A stretch of 64,000 nt of DNA from Candidatus Falkowbacteria bacterium RIFOXYC2_FULL_36_12 (GTDB taxonomy: Bacteria > Patescibacteriota > Patescibacteriia > UBA11705), in the NCBI GenBank assembly GCA_001778235.1, contig MFGJ01000001.1, forward strand, positions 5,152 to 69,151, written 5' to 3'. Under the pieces are notes generated by a model. That model was not told the DNA's origin, did not search any database, and worked only from the letters and a program-made list of their open reading frames with translations. Made by a program: the position numbers and the translations under genes. Below are positions 1-9,829 of the stretch, piece by piece. Within the stretch, counting starts at the first letter, position 1. Every line of letters begins with the position of its first letter.

Positions 1-480
1 AAATTCATCTTTTATGGCTTTAATCAATGATTCAAATTGAATTAATTTTGTAATCAGGGCAAAAGCAGTAATCATGCCTGTGTTGGTAATATCTCTGCCA
101 ATAATCTGACGAGCAAAATCAGTCACTGGGATGGTATAGAGTTTTAATAAATCAAGTTGAGGCCAATTTGCCTGCTCTGAATTAACGAAAATAACTGTTG
201 ATTTTTTTATGCCCTCAAGAACATCTGGAACTAATTTGAGTAATGTCGGATCTTGGACTATGAGAAAATCTGGCTGATAAATTTGAGACTGTATTCTCAC
301 TGGCTCTGATGAAATTCGCACAAAGGCTTCGACAGGAGCACCACGACGCTCGACTCCAAAATTGGGGAAAGCCTGTGAAAACTTGCCTTCATAAAAAGCG
401 GCTTTAGCAATCAAATTTGCAGCTGTAACAGCTCCTTGACCTCCTCGGCCATGAATCCGAATTTGGATATATTTTTTCAT
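1..480 (-). CDS. Pyruvate/2-oxoacid:ferredoxin oxidoreductase gamma subunit (3' end runs off the window)
   Basis: Not in the ORF track. Manual translation from ATG at 480 gives MKKIYQIRIHGRGGQGAVTAA...FPNFGVERRGAPV, the POR-gamma signature. Confidence 0.9.
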   Translation of the reverse strand, partial: MKKYIQIRIHGRGGQGAVTAANLIAKAAFYEGKFSQAFPNFGVERRGAPVEAFVRISSEPVRIQSQIYQPDFLIVQDPTLLKLVPDVLEGIKKSTVIFVNSEQANWPQLDLLKLYTIPVTDFARQIIGRDITNTGMITAFALITKLIQFESLIKAIKDEF

Positions 481-482
481 AA

Positions 483-1193
483 TTATTTTGCAATAGAATT
501 AATAATGTCTTCCCAAGTTTCTATGGAAACATAACCGGCCAACTTGTAACCATTAACAAAAAAAGTTGGAGTGCCGACAACTTCCAATTCTTCAGCCAGA
601 CTAACATCAGCTAGAATTTTCTGCTGATTTCTTTGTTCAGTCATACATTGGGTGAAATGGAATTCATTTAAACCTGTCTGAATAGCAATTTGGAGAAGAT
701 CAGCTGGAGTAACTTTATCCTGGAGTTGGAATAATCGATCATGAAAAGGCCAAAACTTACCTTGGAGATGAGCACACTCACCAGCCTGGGCATAAGCGAC
801 CGAAGCTTCGTCAATAATCGGAAAATTTCTCCAATAAAACCTAACCTGATCAGGATATTTTAATTGTAACTGACGAATAACAGAATAATTTCTTTGGCTA
901 ACCTGACATAAAAAATCACCAAATTCAACAATGACAATCGGGGCGATGGGCGAGCCGAAATAGGGATCAGACGGGTCAATAATTTTGTCCATGGAATATG
1001 GGGCGTCAGACTGGCCAACCTTTGCCTGGCTATTATAGACTGAAGCAAAAGAACGATAAACCAAGAAACCAAAAATCAAAAGTGCAATAACAATCAATAT
1101 TAAAATAAAAAGTAAAAGTTTCCCCCACCATTTTTTGTACCACGATAACTTAATTGGAAGCTGTGAATCTTCAATCATAATTTGATTTTGCAT
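483..1193 (-). CDS. Membrane-anchored DsbA/thioredoxin-fold protein
   Basis: N-terminal TM helix, IVEFGDFLCQVS, FYWRNFP and GTPTFFVNG motifs of the DsbA_Com1/Thioredoxin_4 type. Confidence 0.85.
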   Translation of the reverse strand: MQNQIMIEDSQLPIKLSWYKKWWGKLLLFILILIVIALLIFGFLVYRSFASVYNSQAKVGQSDAPYSMDKIIDPSDPYFGSPIAPIVIVEFGDFLCQVSQRNYSVIRQLQLKYPDQVRFYWRNFPIIDEASVAYAQAGECAHLQGKFWPFHDRLFQLQDKVTPADLLQIAIQTGLNEFHFTQCMTEQRNQQKILADVSLAEELEVVGTPTFFVNGYKLAGYVSIETWEDIINSIAK

Positions 1194-1358
1194 CTAATTT
1201 ATTTTACCACAAAACATTGATTTTCAGAAATCTTGTTATAGTTGACAATATTCACAGGTATATGTAATATAATTAAATCTCAAAATTAAATAAAAATGTC
1301 TAGCTTGACGAATTCGTGTTATTTTGATATAGTTGAGCTAGTAAATTAAGCTAATTTT

Positions 1359-1577
1359 ATGGACCAAATCATTATTATTATTCAAATGGTTGTAGCTGTT
1401 CTACTGATTATTTTCATTTTACTCCAAAATCGCGGTTCTGGAGCTGGAGGTATTTTTGGCGGTGCAGGCGGAGGCTCATTCCGAAGCAAAAGAGGACTGG
1501 ACAAAAAGCTTCATATTTTAACTATTATCTTCTCAATATTATTTCTTGGTTTATCAATAGCAAATTTGTTATTTTAA
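1359..1577 (+). CDS. secG: Preprotein translocase subunit SecG
   Basis: Two TM helices around ILLQNRGSGAGGIFGG...RG. Confidence 0.9.
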   Translation: MDQIIIIIQMVVAVLLIIFILLQNRGSGAGGIFGGAGGGSFRSKRGLDKKLHILTIIFSILFLGLSIANLLF

Positions 1578-1600
1578 CTAAAAATAATACTTAATATTTT

Positions 1601-3466
1601 GTGAATTTTTTCAAAAATATTCTCTTTTCAATCAAAGCAAAAAGAACTCCAAAATTAACTGATACAAAAACCCGTAAAAAATTGCTTGAACACAATCAAA
1701 CTGACCAAAAATTGGTAGCTTCACTTTCAAATAAAAAAATCCCAACTTTTAAACAAGTAAAATATTTGGGAAAACTTTTGACGGTCAGAGAAAAATTAGC
1801 AATCAAAATTTTTACAACATTTGTAATAGTTGGTGTGATTTTTATTGGCATCAACTCATACTTAAATTTATCTAATGTTGCTCCAGCCAAAGGTGGAAAG
1901 TATACTGAAGCATTGGTTGGATCGCCTCAATTTATTAACCCAATACTTGCTCAAACAAATGATGTGGATCTTGATCTAAGCTCAATCTTGTTTAATGGAT
2001 TGATGCAATACACACCTGGTCTTGGACTGGTTGAAGATTTGGCGGAGAGCTATTCAATAAGTGAGGATCAGAAAGTCTACACCTTTGTTTTGAGAAAAGA
2101 TGTTTATTGGCATGATGGACAGCTGTTTACGGCTGATGATGTAATCTTTACTTTTTCCAGAATCAATGACCCAAACGCCAAAAGTCCCTTATATTTTAAT
2201 TTCAAAGGTACAACTGTAGAAAAAATTGATGATTTTACTATCAGATTTATTTTGACTGAACCTTTTGCACCATTTCTCGAAAACTTAACTGTAGGAATTA
2301 TTCCAGCCCATGTCTGGAAAAATATCCCAGTACAAAATTCACATTTATCAGATCTTAATTTGAAACCGATTGGTACTGGTCCATATCAATTTGCATCTTT
2401 AACCAAGGATAATAAAACCGGAGAGATTAAATCATATACACTTGAAAGAAATAATGGATATTTTGATGGCCCAGCAAATATTGATAAAATAATATTTAAA
2501 TTTTACCCAAATTTTGATTTGGCGATAGAAGCTCTAAACAATAAAAATGTTCAAGCAATGAGCTTCTTGCCAAAAGAAAAGCAAGATAGAATAATTAATG
2601 ATCGATCACTAAATTATCAATATTTAAACCTACCACAATATACTGCAATATTTTTTAACCAAAAAGAAAATACTTTACTTAAAAACCAAACTTTGAGAAA
2701 AATATTAGCGCATGGAATTGACAAAGATAAACTGGTGAGTGATGTACTGAATTCAGAGGCTCAAAAAATCGAGGGAACAATTTTGCCAGGACAACTTGGT
2801 TATACAGATGATTACCCAAAATATCCTTTTGATATTGAATACGCAAAAGGAGAGCTGGAGAAATTGGACTGGAAACTAGCAACATACGAAGTGGAAGCAA
2901 AAGAAGGTGAAACAACTGAAACATACCCATTCCAAGTTCGGAAGAAAAATAGTACCTACCTGGAACTCGGTCTAACAACGGTCAATTTGCCGGAAAATGT
3001 TGATATTGCCAAGGCAATCCAAAAAACCTGGCAATTGCTTGGAGTAAAAACAAATATCAAACTGGTGGAACCTGATAATATTGCTGAAACTCTGAAAAAT
3101 CGTGATTATGAAATCCTGCTGTATGGCGCGATTATTGGTTATGATCCAGATCCATTTGCTTTTTGGCATTCATCACAAGCTCAACAACCTGGATTGAATT
3201 TATCTCAATTTACCAACAATAATGCTGACAAATTGCTATCTGATGCAAGAAAAACAACTAATATTGAAGAAAGAGAAAAAGACTACATTGCATTCCAAAA
3301 GATAATCGCTGAAGAGGTTCCTGCTGTTTTTCTCTATAACCCTACTTATACTTATCCTCAAACAAATAAAATTCTTGGTTTTGAAAACCACACAATTGTC
3401 ATCCCTGCTAATAGGTTGGCTAACATTGAAAAGTGGTACATCAAAACTGATCGAAAATTCAACTAA
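1601..3466 (+). CDS. ABC transporter peptide-binding protein (SBP family 5, OppA/DppA-like)
   Basis: DLAESY, WHDGQLFTADDVIFTF and PIGTGPY motifs; TM anchor. Confidence 0.9.
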   Translation: MNFFKNILFSIKAKRTPKLTDTKTRKKLLEHNQTDQKLVASLSNKKIPTFKQVKYLGKLLTVREKLAIKIFTTFVIVGVIFIGINSYLNLSNVAPAKGGKYTEALVGSPQFINPILAQTNDVDLDLSSILFNGLMQYTPGLGLVEDLAESYSISEDQKVYTFVLRKDVYWHDGQLFTADDVIFTFSRINDPNAKSPLYFNFKGTTVEKIDDFTIRFILTEPFAPFLENLTVGIIPAHVWKNIPVQNSHLSDLNLKPIGTGPYQFASLTKDNKTGEIKSYTLERNNGYFDGPANIDKIIFKFYPNFDLAIEALNNKNVQAMSFLPKEKQDRIINDRSLNYQYLNLPQYTAIFFNQKENTLLKNQTLRKILAHGIDKDKLVSDVLNSEAQKIEGTILPGQLGYTDDYPKYPFDIEYAKGELEKLDWKLATYEVEAKEGETTETYPFQVRKKNSTYLELGLTTVNLPENVDIAKAIQKTWQLLGVKTNIKLVEPDNIAETLKNRDYEILLYGAIIGYDPDPFAFWHSSQAQQPGLNLSQFTNNNADKLLSDARKTTNIEEREKDYIAFQKIIAEEVPAVFLYNPTYTYPQTNKILGFENHTIVIPANRLANIEKWYIKTDRKFN

Positions 3467-3578
3467 TATTTCTTCCTATATAATTAATTAAAAGCAACGA
3501 ATTTATTTTAAATTCGCAGATTTGTAGTTTATCTCAATTAAAAAATAACTAATATAAATCAAAACTACATAAAAAGAT

Positions 3579-5402
3579 ATGATACAAAAAAGACACACAC
3601 AGATAAAAACTAAGCCAGGTCAACAGAACCAACATGCTTCAAGAGTAGTCAGAAAACACTCTTATAATACCAGTCGCACAAGTAGACCAACAAATTATTT
3701 CGAGCCAGGAATGAATAATGGTGGAGCTCCAAAACTGAAAATTATCGGACTTGGAGGACTAGAGGAAGTTGGTAGGAATATGACCCTACTTGAATATGAT
3801 AAAGATATCATAATCATAGATATGGGATTAATGTTTCCGGATGAAGATATGCCGGGGATTGATTATATTATTCCTGATATATCTTATTTAAAAGGCAAAG
3901 AGAAAAACATCAAAGGAGTTATTATTACTCATGGTCACTATGACCACATTGGTGCGATCTCTCATTTAATTCCTGAACTAGGATTTCCAACCCTATACAT
4001 GACTCCGCTTACTGCCGGATTGGTCAAAAAACGGCACGAGGAATATAAATTGCGAGAGCTAGATATAACAATTGTTGATCCAGAAGTTGACAAGATAAAA
4101 CTTGGTAATTTTCTGATTGAATTTTTCAGAGTTAACCACAATATCCCAGATTCATTCGGCGTAGTTGTTCGGACTCCACTTGGAACTGTTGTTCACACTG
4201 GAGATTTTAAAATCGACTTTGCACCGATTCATGATAAACCAGCTGATTTAAACCGTTTTGCTGAAATTGGTAAAAATGGTGTTACTGCCCTACTGATAGA
4301 CAGTACTAATGCTGGTAACCCAGGGAACCAAATTTCAGAACATGTTGTAGAAAATGAACTGGAAAAGATTTTCCAAGAATCTGACGGTATGATTTTGGCT
4401 GGAACTTTTGCTTCACTATTAAATCGTGTTCAACAATTAATTTCTCTAGCCGAAAAATACGGTCGAAAGGTTTACCTCGATGGACGAAGCATGATATCAA
4501 ATGCGGAAATTGCTCATCAACTGGGATATTTGAAATTCAAACCAACAACTTTGATTGAAGGTGGAGAAATTGATAAATACCCAAGAAACAAGTTGCTAGT
4601 AATAGGGACTGGAGCTCAAGGAGAAAAAAATGCTGTTTTGATGAGAATTGCCAACAAAGATCATAAACACATTGAAATAGAACAAGGAGATTGTGTAATT
4701 TTCTCATCTTCAGTTATTCCTGGAAATGAAAGAACAATTCAAAGCCTAAAAGATACTTTTGCGAGATTGGGAGCGAGAATCTACCACTATAAAATGATGG
4801 ATGTCCACGCAGGAGGACATGCGCAACAAGAAGATTTGAAATTGACTATGCGCCTTTTCAAACCAAAATATATTATGCCGATTGAAGCAAATTATTTCCT
4901 AAGAGTTACCAATGGAGAAGTGGCTGAACAAATTGGTTTTGCTAAAGAAAATATTTTACTCCCTGACAATGGCCAAGTAACTGAATTCAAAAGACAGGGA
5001 CGCGAAGTAATTGCCGAAGTAACAAAAGAAAAAGTGCCGACAGAATATATTATGGTTGATGGTCTTGGTGTTGGAGATGTAAGTAATATTGTGATACGAG
5101 ACCGCCAAGTGCTGGCTGATGATGGGATGTTTGTCGTTATCGCCACTCTTGATGCAAAATCAGGCGAATTGGTTGGTAGTCCAGATATTATTTCCCGTGG
5201 ATTTGTTTATATGAAAGAAAGTAAGAAACTGATTGAAGAAGCTCGAGCTAGGGTGAGAAAAATTTGTAAAGAAAAAGGTAATAATAAGAAATTTACAGGC
5301 ACTGATGAAATCAGGAATAAAATCCGAGATGATGTAGGTAAATTCTTGTTTTTCAAAACTAAGAGAAGACCAATGGTTTTACCGGTGGTGATTGAAGTGT
5401 AA
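3579..5402 (+). CDS. rnj: Ribonuclease J
   Basis: GGLEEVGRNMT, THGHYDHIG, HTGDFK, HAGGH and RRPMVLPVVIEV motifs. Confidence 0.95.
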   Translation: MIQKRHTQIKTKPGQQNQHASRVVRKHSYNTSRTSRPTNYFEPGMNNGGAPKLKIIGLGGLEEVGRNMTLLEYDKDIIIIDMGLMFPDEDMPGIDYIIPDISYLKGKEKNIKGVIITHGHYDHIGAISHLIPELGFPTLYMTPLTAGLVKKRHEEYKLRELDITIVDPEVDKIKLGNFLIEFFRVNHNIPDSFGVVVRTPLGTVVHTGDFKIDFAPIHDKPADLNRFAEIGKNGVTALLIDSTNAGNPGNQISEHVVENELEKIFQESDGMILAGTFASLLNRVQQLISLAEKYGRKVYLDGRSMISNAEIAHQLGYLKFKPTTLIEGGEIDKYPRNKLLVIGTGAQGEKNAVLMRIANKDHKHIEIEQGDCVIFSSSVIPGNERTIQSLKDTFARLGARIYHYKMMDVHAGGHAQQEDLKLTMRLFKPKYIMPIEANYFLRVTNGEVAEQIGFAKENILLPDNGQVTEFKRQGREVIAEVTKEKVPTEYIMVDGLGVGDVSNIVIRDRQVLADDGMFVVIATLDAKSGELVGSPDIISRGFVYMKESKKLIEEARARVRKICKEKGNNKKFTGTDEIRNKIRDDVGKFLFFKTKRRPMVLPVVIEV

Positions 5403-5418
5403 ACATTACGAATACTAG

Positions 5419-5449
5419 AAAAAAACACGCCCAGAAAGGTGTGTTTTTT
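5419..5449 (+). terminator. Intrinsic terminator after rnj
   Basis: aaaaaacacgcc...aggtgtgtttttt hairpin with a T-tract. Confidence 0.7.
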
Positions 5450-5457
5450 ATTATAAA

Positions 5458-5895
5458 CATAAACTACCAGTGATAGCTAGTGTGGGCGTTTAAAGGCGAA
5501 GCCGTTGAAAGTAGTAGGCATCAGTTTAATCTAAATGTAAGTTGTTGTTTTGCTAAAGTGAGTTATTTTGAGATTGAGTGATTGATTTCGCTTTGCGAGC
5601 TACTTTTGACACCCTGCCTACCGGCAGGCAGGCAAAAGTAGCCAAAAGTGCTGGGGGGATTCAATGCGAATTGAAATGATTATCTCTCGTGCATTGATTA
5701 CGCGCAGAATCCCCCCAGACCTGCCTTCATCAAGATTATGGCAGGCAAGCCCCGATGCTTGGCATGTTCGTGGGGATGAATAATAAAGTAATTGCTTAAT
5801 ACGGTGGAAAATGAATTGCAGGTGATTAAATTATATAAAGATGGAGGCCTTTGCCCGAAAGATAGAAACTACCAGTTGCTATGCTGGTGGTTTTT
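5458..5895. repeat. Structured dispersed element, copy A (homologous to 18054-18658)
   Basis: Colinear similarity and covarying stems with the 18 kb locus. Confidence 0.75.
5613..5632. repeat. 20-nt palindromic mini-element cctgcctaccggcaggcagg
   Basis: Identical copy at 18389-18408; sits in the loop of the gctacttttg/caaaagtagc hairpin. Confidence 0.85.
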
Positions 5896-5927
5896 CATTT
5901 GATTTGGCTAATTATAAACAAATATCA

Positions 5928-5956
5928 TTGACAAATCTAGCTTCTTTTGCTATAAT
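5928..5956 (+). promoter_or_regulatory. Sigma70 promoter of rnpB
   Basis: Perfect TTGACA-17 nt-TATAAT immediately before helix P1. Confidence 0.85.
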
Positions 5957-5960
5957 GATG

Positions 5961-6565
5961 TTGGTTCCAAATGAGTAGTTCTGTCGCCCCCCCACTAAAA
6001 TTTATGTTTTATGTTTACCTTTTACAAAGCTTAAAGGATAAAAAACTTTATATTGGTTATACAAATGATTTAAGAAGAAGATTTGCTGAACATAATAAAG
6101 GTGAATCTAAGTCAACAAGAAATAGAAGACCTTTTAGATTGGTTTACTATGAAGCCTTTTTATCTCAAATTGATGCAAAAAACAGGGAACGGAAATTAAA
6201 ACTATTCAAAAATACTTACAACCACTTGAAAAAACGGATAGTAAATAGTCTTTTAGAACATAAATTTTAGTGGGGGGGAGGAAAGTCCGAACACTCACAC
6301 TTTGGTGTAGAATGGTAGCGGGTAATTCCCGTCGATTGGCTAGATTTATCATGTCAATCAGAGGTGCGAGCAGTGACGTCAAATTGAGAAATTAATTTGA
6401 ATCCCTTTGGGGATAATCTCTTTCGAAAGATAGAGAGTGAAACGGCTAAATCCTTACTTGAGTGCAAGAGCAAATTAGGTAGCTCGCTTGAACCTACAAG
6501 CAATTGTAGGGCTAGATAGATGACAGTTAAAACAGAATTCGGCTTACTCACTTGTTTGGAACCAA
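5961..6565 (+). ncRNA. rnpB: RNase P RNA with a protein-coding insertion in P3
   Basis: P1 ttggttccaaa..tgagta / tactca..tttggaaccaa; P2 ctgtc/gacag; conserved GAGGAAAGTCCGAA (6278-6291), GTGAAACGG, GAGTGCAAG and ACAGAATTCGGCTTA elements; flanked by promoter and terminator. Confidence 0.93.
6004..6270 (+). CDS. Small GIY-YIG nuclease (88 aa) encoded inside rnpB P3
   Basis: MFYVYLLQS...LYIGYTNDLRRRFAEHN...LVYYEAF...RERKLK. ATG at 6004 preferred over 5971, which lies in P1. Confidence 0.9.
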   Translation: MFYVYLLQSLKDKKLYIGYTNDLRRRFAEHNKGESKSTRNRRPFRLVYYEAFLSQIDAKNRERKLKLFKNTYNHLKKRIVNSLLEHKF

Positions 6566-6570
6566 AAAAA

Positions 6571-6596
6571 GATAGTGACGGCGTCACTGTTTTTTT
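6571..6596 (+). terminator. Terminator of rnpB
   Basis: atagtgac-ggc-gtcactgt followed by a T-tract. Confidence 0.75.
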
Positions 6597-6654
6597 ATTT
6601 GAAAAAACATTAATTTTTAAGTATAATATCTGTAGTTATTTATTTAAATTTATT

Positions 6655-8079
6655 ATGAAGAAAAAATCCGAGTTAGTTTTCACAGCAATAAAGATTCCAC
6701 TAGATTATGCTTTACTGGTTTTATCTGGAGTATTAGCCTACTTGATTCGAATAAACGAAAATATTACCCAGTACAGACAAGTGGAATTTAATATTGATTT
6801 AAATGAAATTTTCACCACTTCCCTACTCCTGTCTGTTGTATGGCTATTATTTTTTGCTATGGCTGGTTTGTATAAATTTCGGCGATTGAAAATCACTGAT
6901 GAATTGGGAAAAATTATTCTTGCCTGTTCAACTGGTATGAGCGCGATTATTATTTATATGTTCTTTGTCCGTGAATTATTTGATTCAAGATTTATTGTGC
7001 TTACTGCCTGGGTTTTGAGTATATTTCTGATAATAGTTGCCAGAATTATTTTGAGGAAAATACAAAATATTAGTCTGAAGTTTGGGGTGGGAAGTCACAA
7101 AATAATAATTGTTGGCAACAATGAGGCGACCAAAGAGTTGATAAAAACTTTTAAGCAACAACCAGAATTAGGTTATAAAATAATTGCTGAATGTAAAAAA
7201 TTTGATAATGAAAAATTTATTGATTTGCACAAAAAATATTTCATTGATGAAATAATTCAAACTGATTCATCGTTATCAAGAGCTGAATCAATAGAGCTAA
7301 TAAACTTTTCAGAAAATAATAACATTATTTTCAAATATGCGGCAGGTACATTTGAAGCAAGGACGACAAATATTGATGTTCATATGATTGCCGGGATTCC
7401 CCTAATCGAAATCCGTAAAACTAAGCTTGATGGCTGGGGGAAAATTGCCAAGAGATTAATTGATTTTATTTATTCAATAATTTTAATTGTTGTATTATCC
7501 CCTGTGATGCTAATAATTTTGCTGGCAATAAAAATCGAATCCAGAGGACCAGCAATTTTCCGAAATGAACGAGTATCTCGGCATGGTAAATTTCATGTCT
7601 TCAAATTCAGATCAATGTATGCTGATTATTGCATTGGCAAACAGTTTGAAAAATTTACTGACCAAAAAAAGATTATTGAATTTGAAAAAGATTTAATAAA
7701 AAAACAATCTGAAAGAAAAGGACCAGTTTATAAAATTTTAAATGACCCAAGGAGGACAAAGGTCGGCAGATTTATTGAGAGAACTTCACTCGATGAATTG
7801 CCACAATTATTCAATGTCCTGATTGGCAATATGAGTTTAGTGGGGCCAAGACCGCATCAACCAAGAGAAGTAGAAAAGTATGAAATGCACCACAAGAGAG
7901 TACTTGATATTAAACCGGGAATTACTGGACTGGCACAAATTTCTGGGCGGAGTGATCTTGATTTCGAAGATGAAGTTAAATTGGATACATATTACATTGA
8001 AAACTGGTCACTAAAATTGGATTTCTGGATAATGTTAAAAACTCCACTGGTAGTTTTGTCCAGGAAATCAAAAGTATAA
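6655..8079 (+). CDS. Polyprenyl glycosylphosphotransferase / sugar transferase (WcaJ/WbaP family)
   Basis: KFRSM, DPRRTKVGRFIERTSLDELPQLFNVLIGNMSLVGPRP and PGITGLAQ motifs. Start moved to 6655 because the 6520 start overlaps rnpB. Confidence 0.92.
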   Translation: MKKKSELVFTAIKIPLDYALLVLSGVLAYLIRINENITQYRQVEFNIDLNEIFTTSLLLSVVWLLFFAMAGLYKFRRLKITDELGKIILACSTGMSAIIIYMFFVRELFDSRFIVLTAWVLSIFLIIVARIILRKIQNISLKFGVGSHKIIIVGNNEATKELIKTFKQQPELGYKIIAECKKFDNEKFIDLHKKYFIDEIIQTDSSLSRAESIELINFSENNNIIFKYAAGTFEARTTNIDVHMIAGIPLIEIRKTKLDGWGKIAKRLIDFIYSIILIVVLSPVMLIILLAIKIESRGPAIFRNERVSRHGKFHVFKFRSMYADYCIGKQFEKFTDQKKIIEFEKDLIKKQSERKGPVYKILNDPRRTKVGRFIERTSLDELPQLFNVLIGNMSLVGPRPHQPREVEKYEMHHKRVLDIKPGITGLAQISGRSDLDFEDEVKLDTYYIENWSLKLDFWIMLKTPLVVLSRKSKV

Positions 8080-8096
8080 ATCATAACTACAAAAAT

Positions 8097-8846
8097 ATGG
8101 CCATGTTCCAAGAAAGGTTTGAACCATCTGAACAGGAGGATCCATCTCTAAATATTGAAAAGCGACTTTCATTCTCTGCAGTATCCATTGAAACGGTTGA
8201 GGCATATTTAGACTCGGTAGAATCAGAACCACAGGAAAAGCAAATTGAAGAATTTAAAAAAATTCTAAACGCAATAAAAATAAACCAATCTCGTTGGATT
8301 GAACCTGTACTCAATCTTGAATATTTTGAGATACAAATAAAACCAGAATATAAAAAACTGCGGATTGAGTATAATCAACTAAAAACTGACTTAGAAGATG
8401 TTGAAATAGAGACGGATAGAAAAGAAGATCGAGAAAAGTTGTTTGAAGCGTTTAAAAATGATTGGGATAAGTTCAGGAGACAATATGTCAACGCGAAATT
8501 TATGCCACATTTAGCGACTTCATTGGAAAAAGTGGAGCAAGGCAGAGAGAGTGAACTATTAAACAAAACATTAGAAATGATAAAAGATGACATTGTTAGA
8601 ATGGCAAATGACTACTTTGAGGCAGTAAAGCCAATACTACTTTCAGGCATAATGTCAGAAGACCCAATAGAAAAACATCAGGCTGAAATTTATAAAAAAA
8701 CAAAATTCGAATTTGAAAAATTAATAAAACTGGCAGACAAAGCAATAAAAACCAGTGATGACAAAGAGAAAAAAGTCTGGTATAATGAATTAATAGATAA
8801 ATGGAATATATTTCAAGATGAACATATGGTATATGAGAAACAATAA
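8097..8846 (+). CDS. Hypothetical helical, charged protein
   Basis: 249-aa ORF directly following the upstream gene. Confidence 0.7.
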   Translation: MAMFQERFEPSEQEDPSLNIEKRLSFSAVSIETVEAYLDSVESEPQEKQIEEFKKILNAIKINQSRWIEPVLNLEYFEIQIKPEYKKLRIEYNQLKTDLEDVEIETDRKEDREKLFEAFKNDWDKFRRQYVNAKFMPHLATSLEKVEQGRESELLNKTLEMIKDDIVRMANDYFEAVKPILLSGIMSEDPIEKHQAEIYKKTKFEFEKLIKLADKAIKTSDDKEKKVWYNELIDKWNIFQDEHMVYEKQ

Positions 8847-8863
8847 TTAATAATACAAACTTT

Positions 8864-9343
8864 ATGGAACTTGAAAGTCAAATGTTAAACTTACCTCCGG
8901 AGGGTCCAAGTAAACAACTAAAACAAGAACAACCTAATAATGTGACTGAACTCGAGACTGGTGAATTAGCTGGAGTTATGAGCAGAGTAAATAAATTTTG
9001 GGATACTCCGTTTGAGACTACCACTACAGAAGAAATAAACCAAACAGTTGATAATTTTTTAACTGAATTGAAACCACTTAGAACAAGGATTGATGATAAA
9101 GTAAAATTGTATGAGTTTCAACTAAAGGACCTGCCAGTAACTTCAAAACAAATAAAAGAAGTAAATGAAGGAATAAAAGATCGACTTGAGATGGTTCGAG
9201 AAGTACAATCAAAATTTGATACATTATTAGTAAAACTGGAAGCTGTTAGAAAAGAAAATAACTTGCTTAAAAAAGATGACTTGCTTGATGAAGTAAAAAA
9301 TCTTTGGGAAAAATTTTATTCTGAAACTGTCGTAGAAGTATAA
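8864..9343 (+). CDS. Hypothetical coiled-coil protein
   Basis: 159-aa ORF followed by a hairpin (gagtcactc/gagtgact). Confidence 0.7.
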   Translation: MELESQMLNLPPEGPSKQLKQEQPNNVTELETGELAGVMSRVNKFWDTPFETTTTEEINQTVDNFLTELKPLRTRIDDKVKLYEFQLKDLPVTSKQIKEVNEGIKDRLEMVREVQSKFDTLLVKLEAVRKENNLLKKDDLLDEVKNLWEKFYSETVVEV

Positions 9344-9482
9344 TTAAAATATTTGAGTCACTCGAAAGAGTGACTATTTTATTACAAAAAATTGTAATAA
9401 GATAAACTAAAAAGTGATTTTGTTGTTTCAAAAAGTTTTTTTTCTTTACAAAATTGATAAAAAAACTTAAAATACTATTGCC

Positions 9483-9701
9483 ATGGACAAAAAGAGGAAA
9501 AAAATGATCACTGAAGTCAAATATGACTGTTGCAAATGTGAAGGAACTGGCAATGTTCAGGTCAAACACGGGTTAAATACTGTTGCCAATGAAACATGTG
9601 ACAAATGTAATGGCAAAGGCTATTTGTCAACAAGGTGTAGAAAACAAACTTGTAAATGCAGTACTTCCCCTGATACAAGTGTAACAAAATTTTTTGAATA
9701 G
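9483..9701 (+). CDS. Small Cys-rich protein with DnaJ-type zinc-finger motifs
   Basis: CCKCEGTG and CDKCNGKG, two CxxCxGxG motifs. Confidence 0.65.
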   Translation: MDKKRKKMITEVKYDCCKCEGTGNVQVKHGLNTVANETCDKCNGKGYLSTRCRKQTCKCSTSPDTSVTKFFE

Positions 9702-9829
9702 ACCCTTTAAATGGTTTAATTGGAACAATATTTTGTAAAAAATAAACTTTGAATAGTTGGAGTAGCAGTTGACAATACCTATCAATGTGATAAAATAATA
9801 AATTCATAGCCTGGAGGGGGACGAAGAAA

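Noticed and set aside
5971-6003. N-terminal extension MSSSVAPPLKF of the GIY-YIG ORF
   Set aside because: It is the P1-P3 strand of rnpB; the family-typical start is MFYVY at 6004.
6004-6270. Group I or II intron hosting the nuclease
   Set aside because: The insert is entirely ORF plus the terminal inverted repeat, leaving no room for a ribozyme core.
6354-6654. 77-aa minus ORF and the 6520 start of the sugar transferase
   Set aside because: Both overlap the RNase P RNA; the 6520 extension also runs through its terminator.
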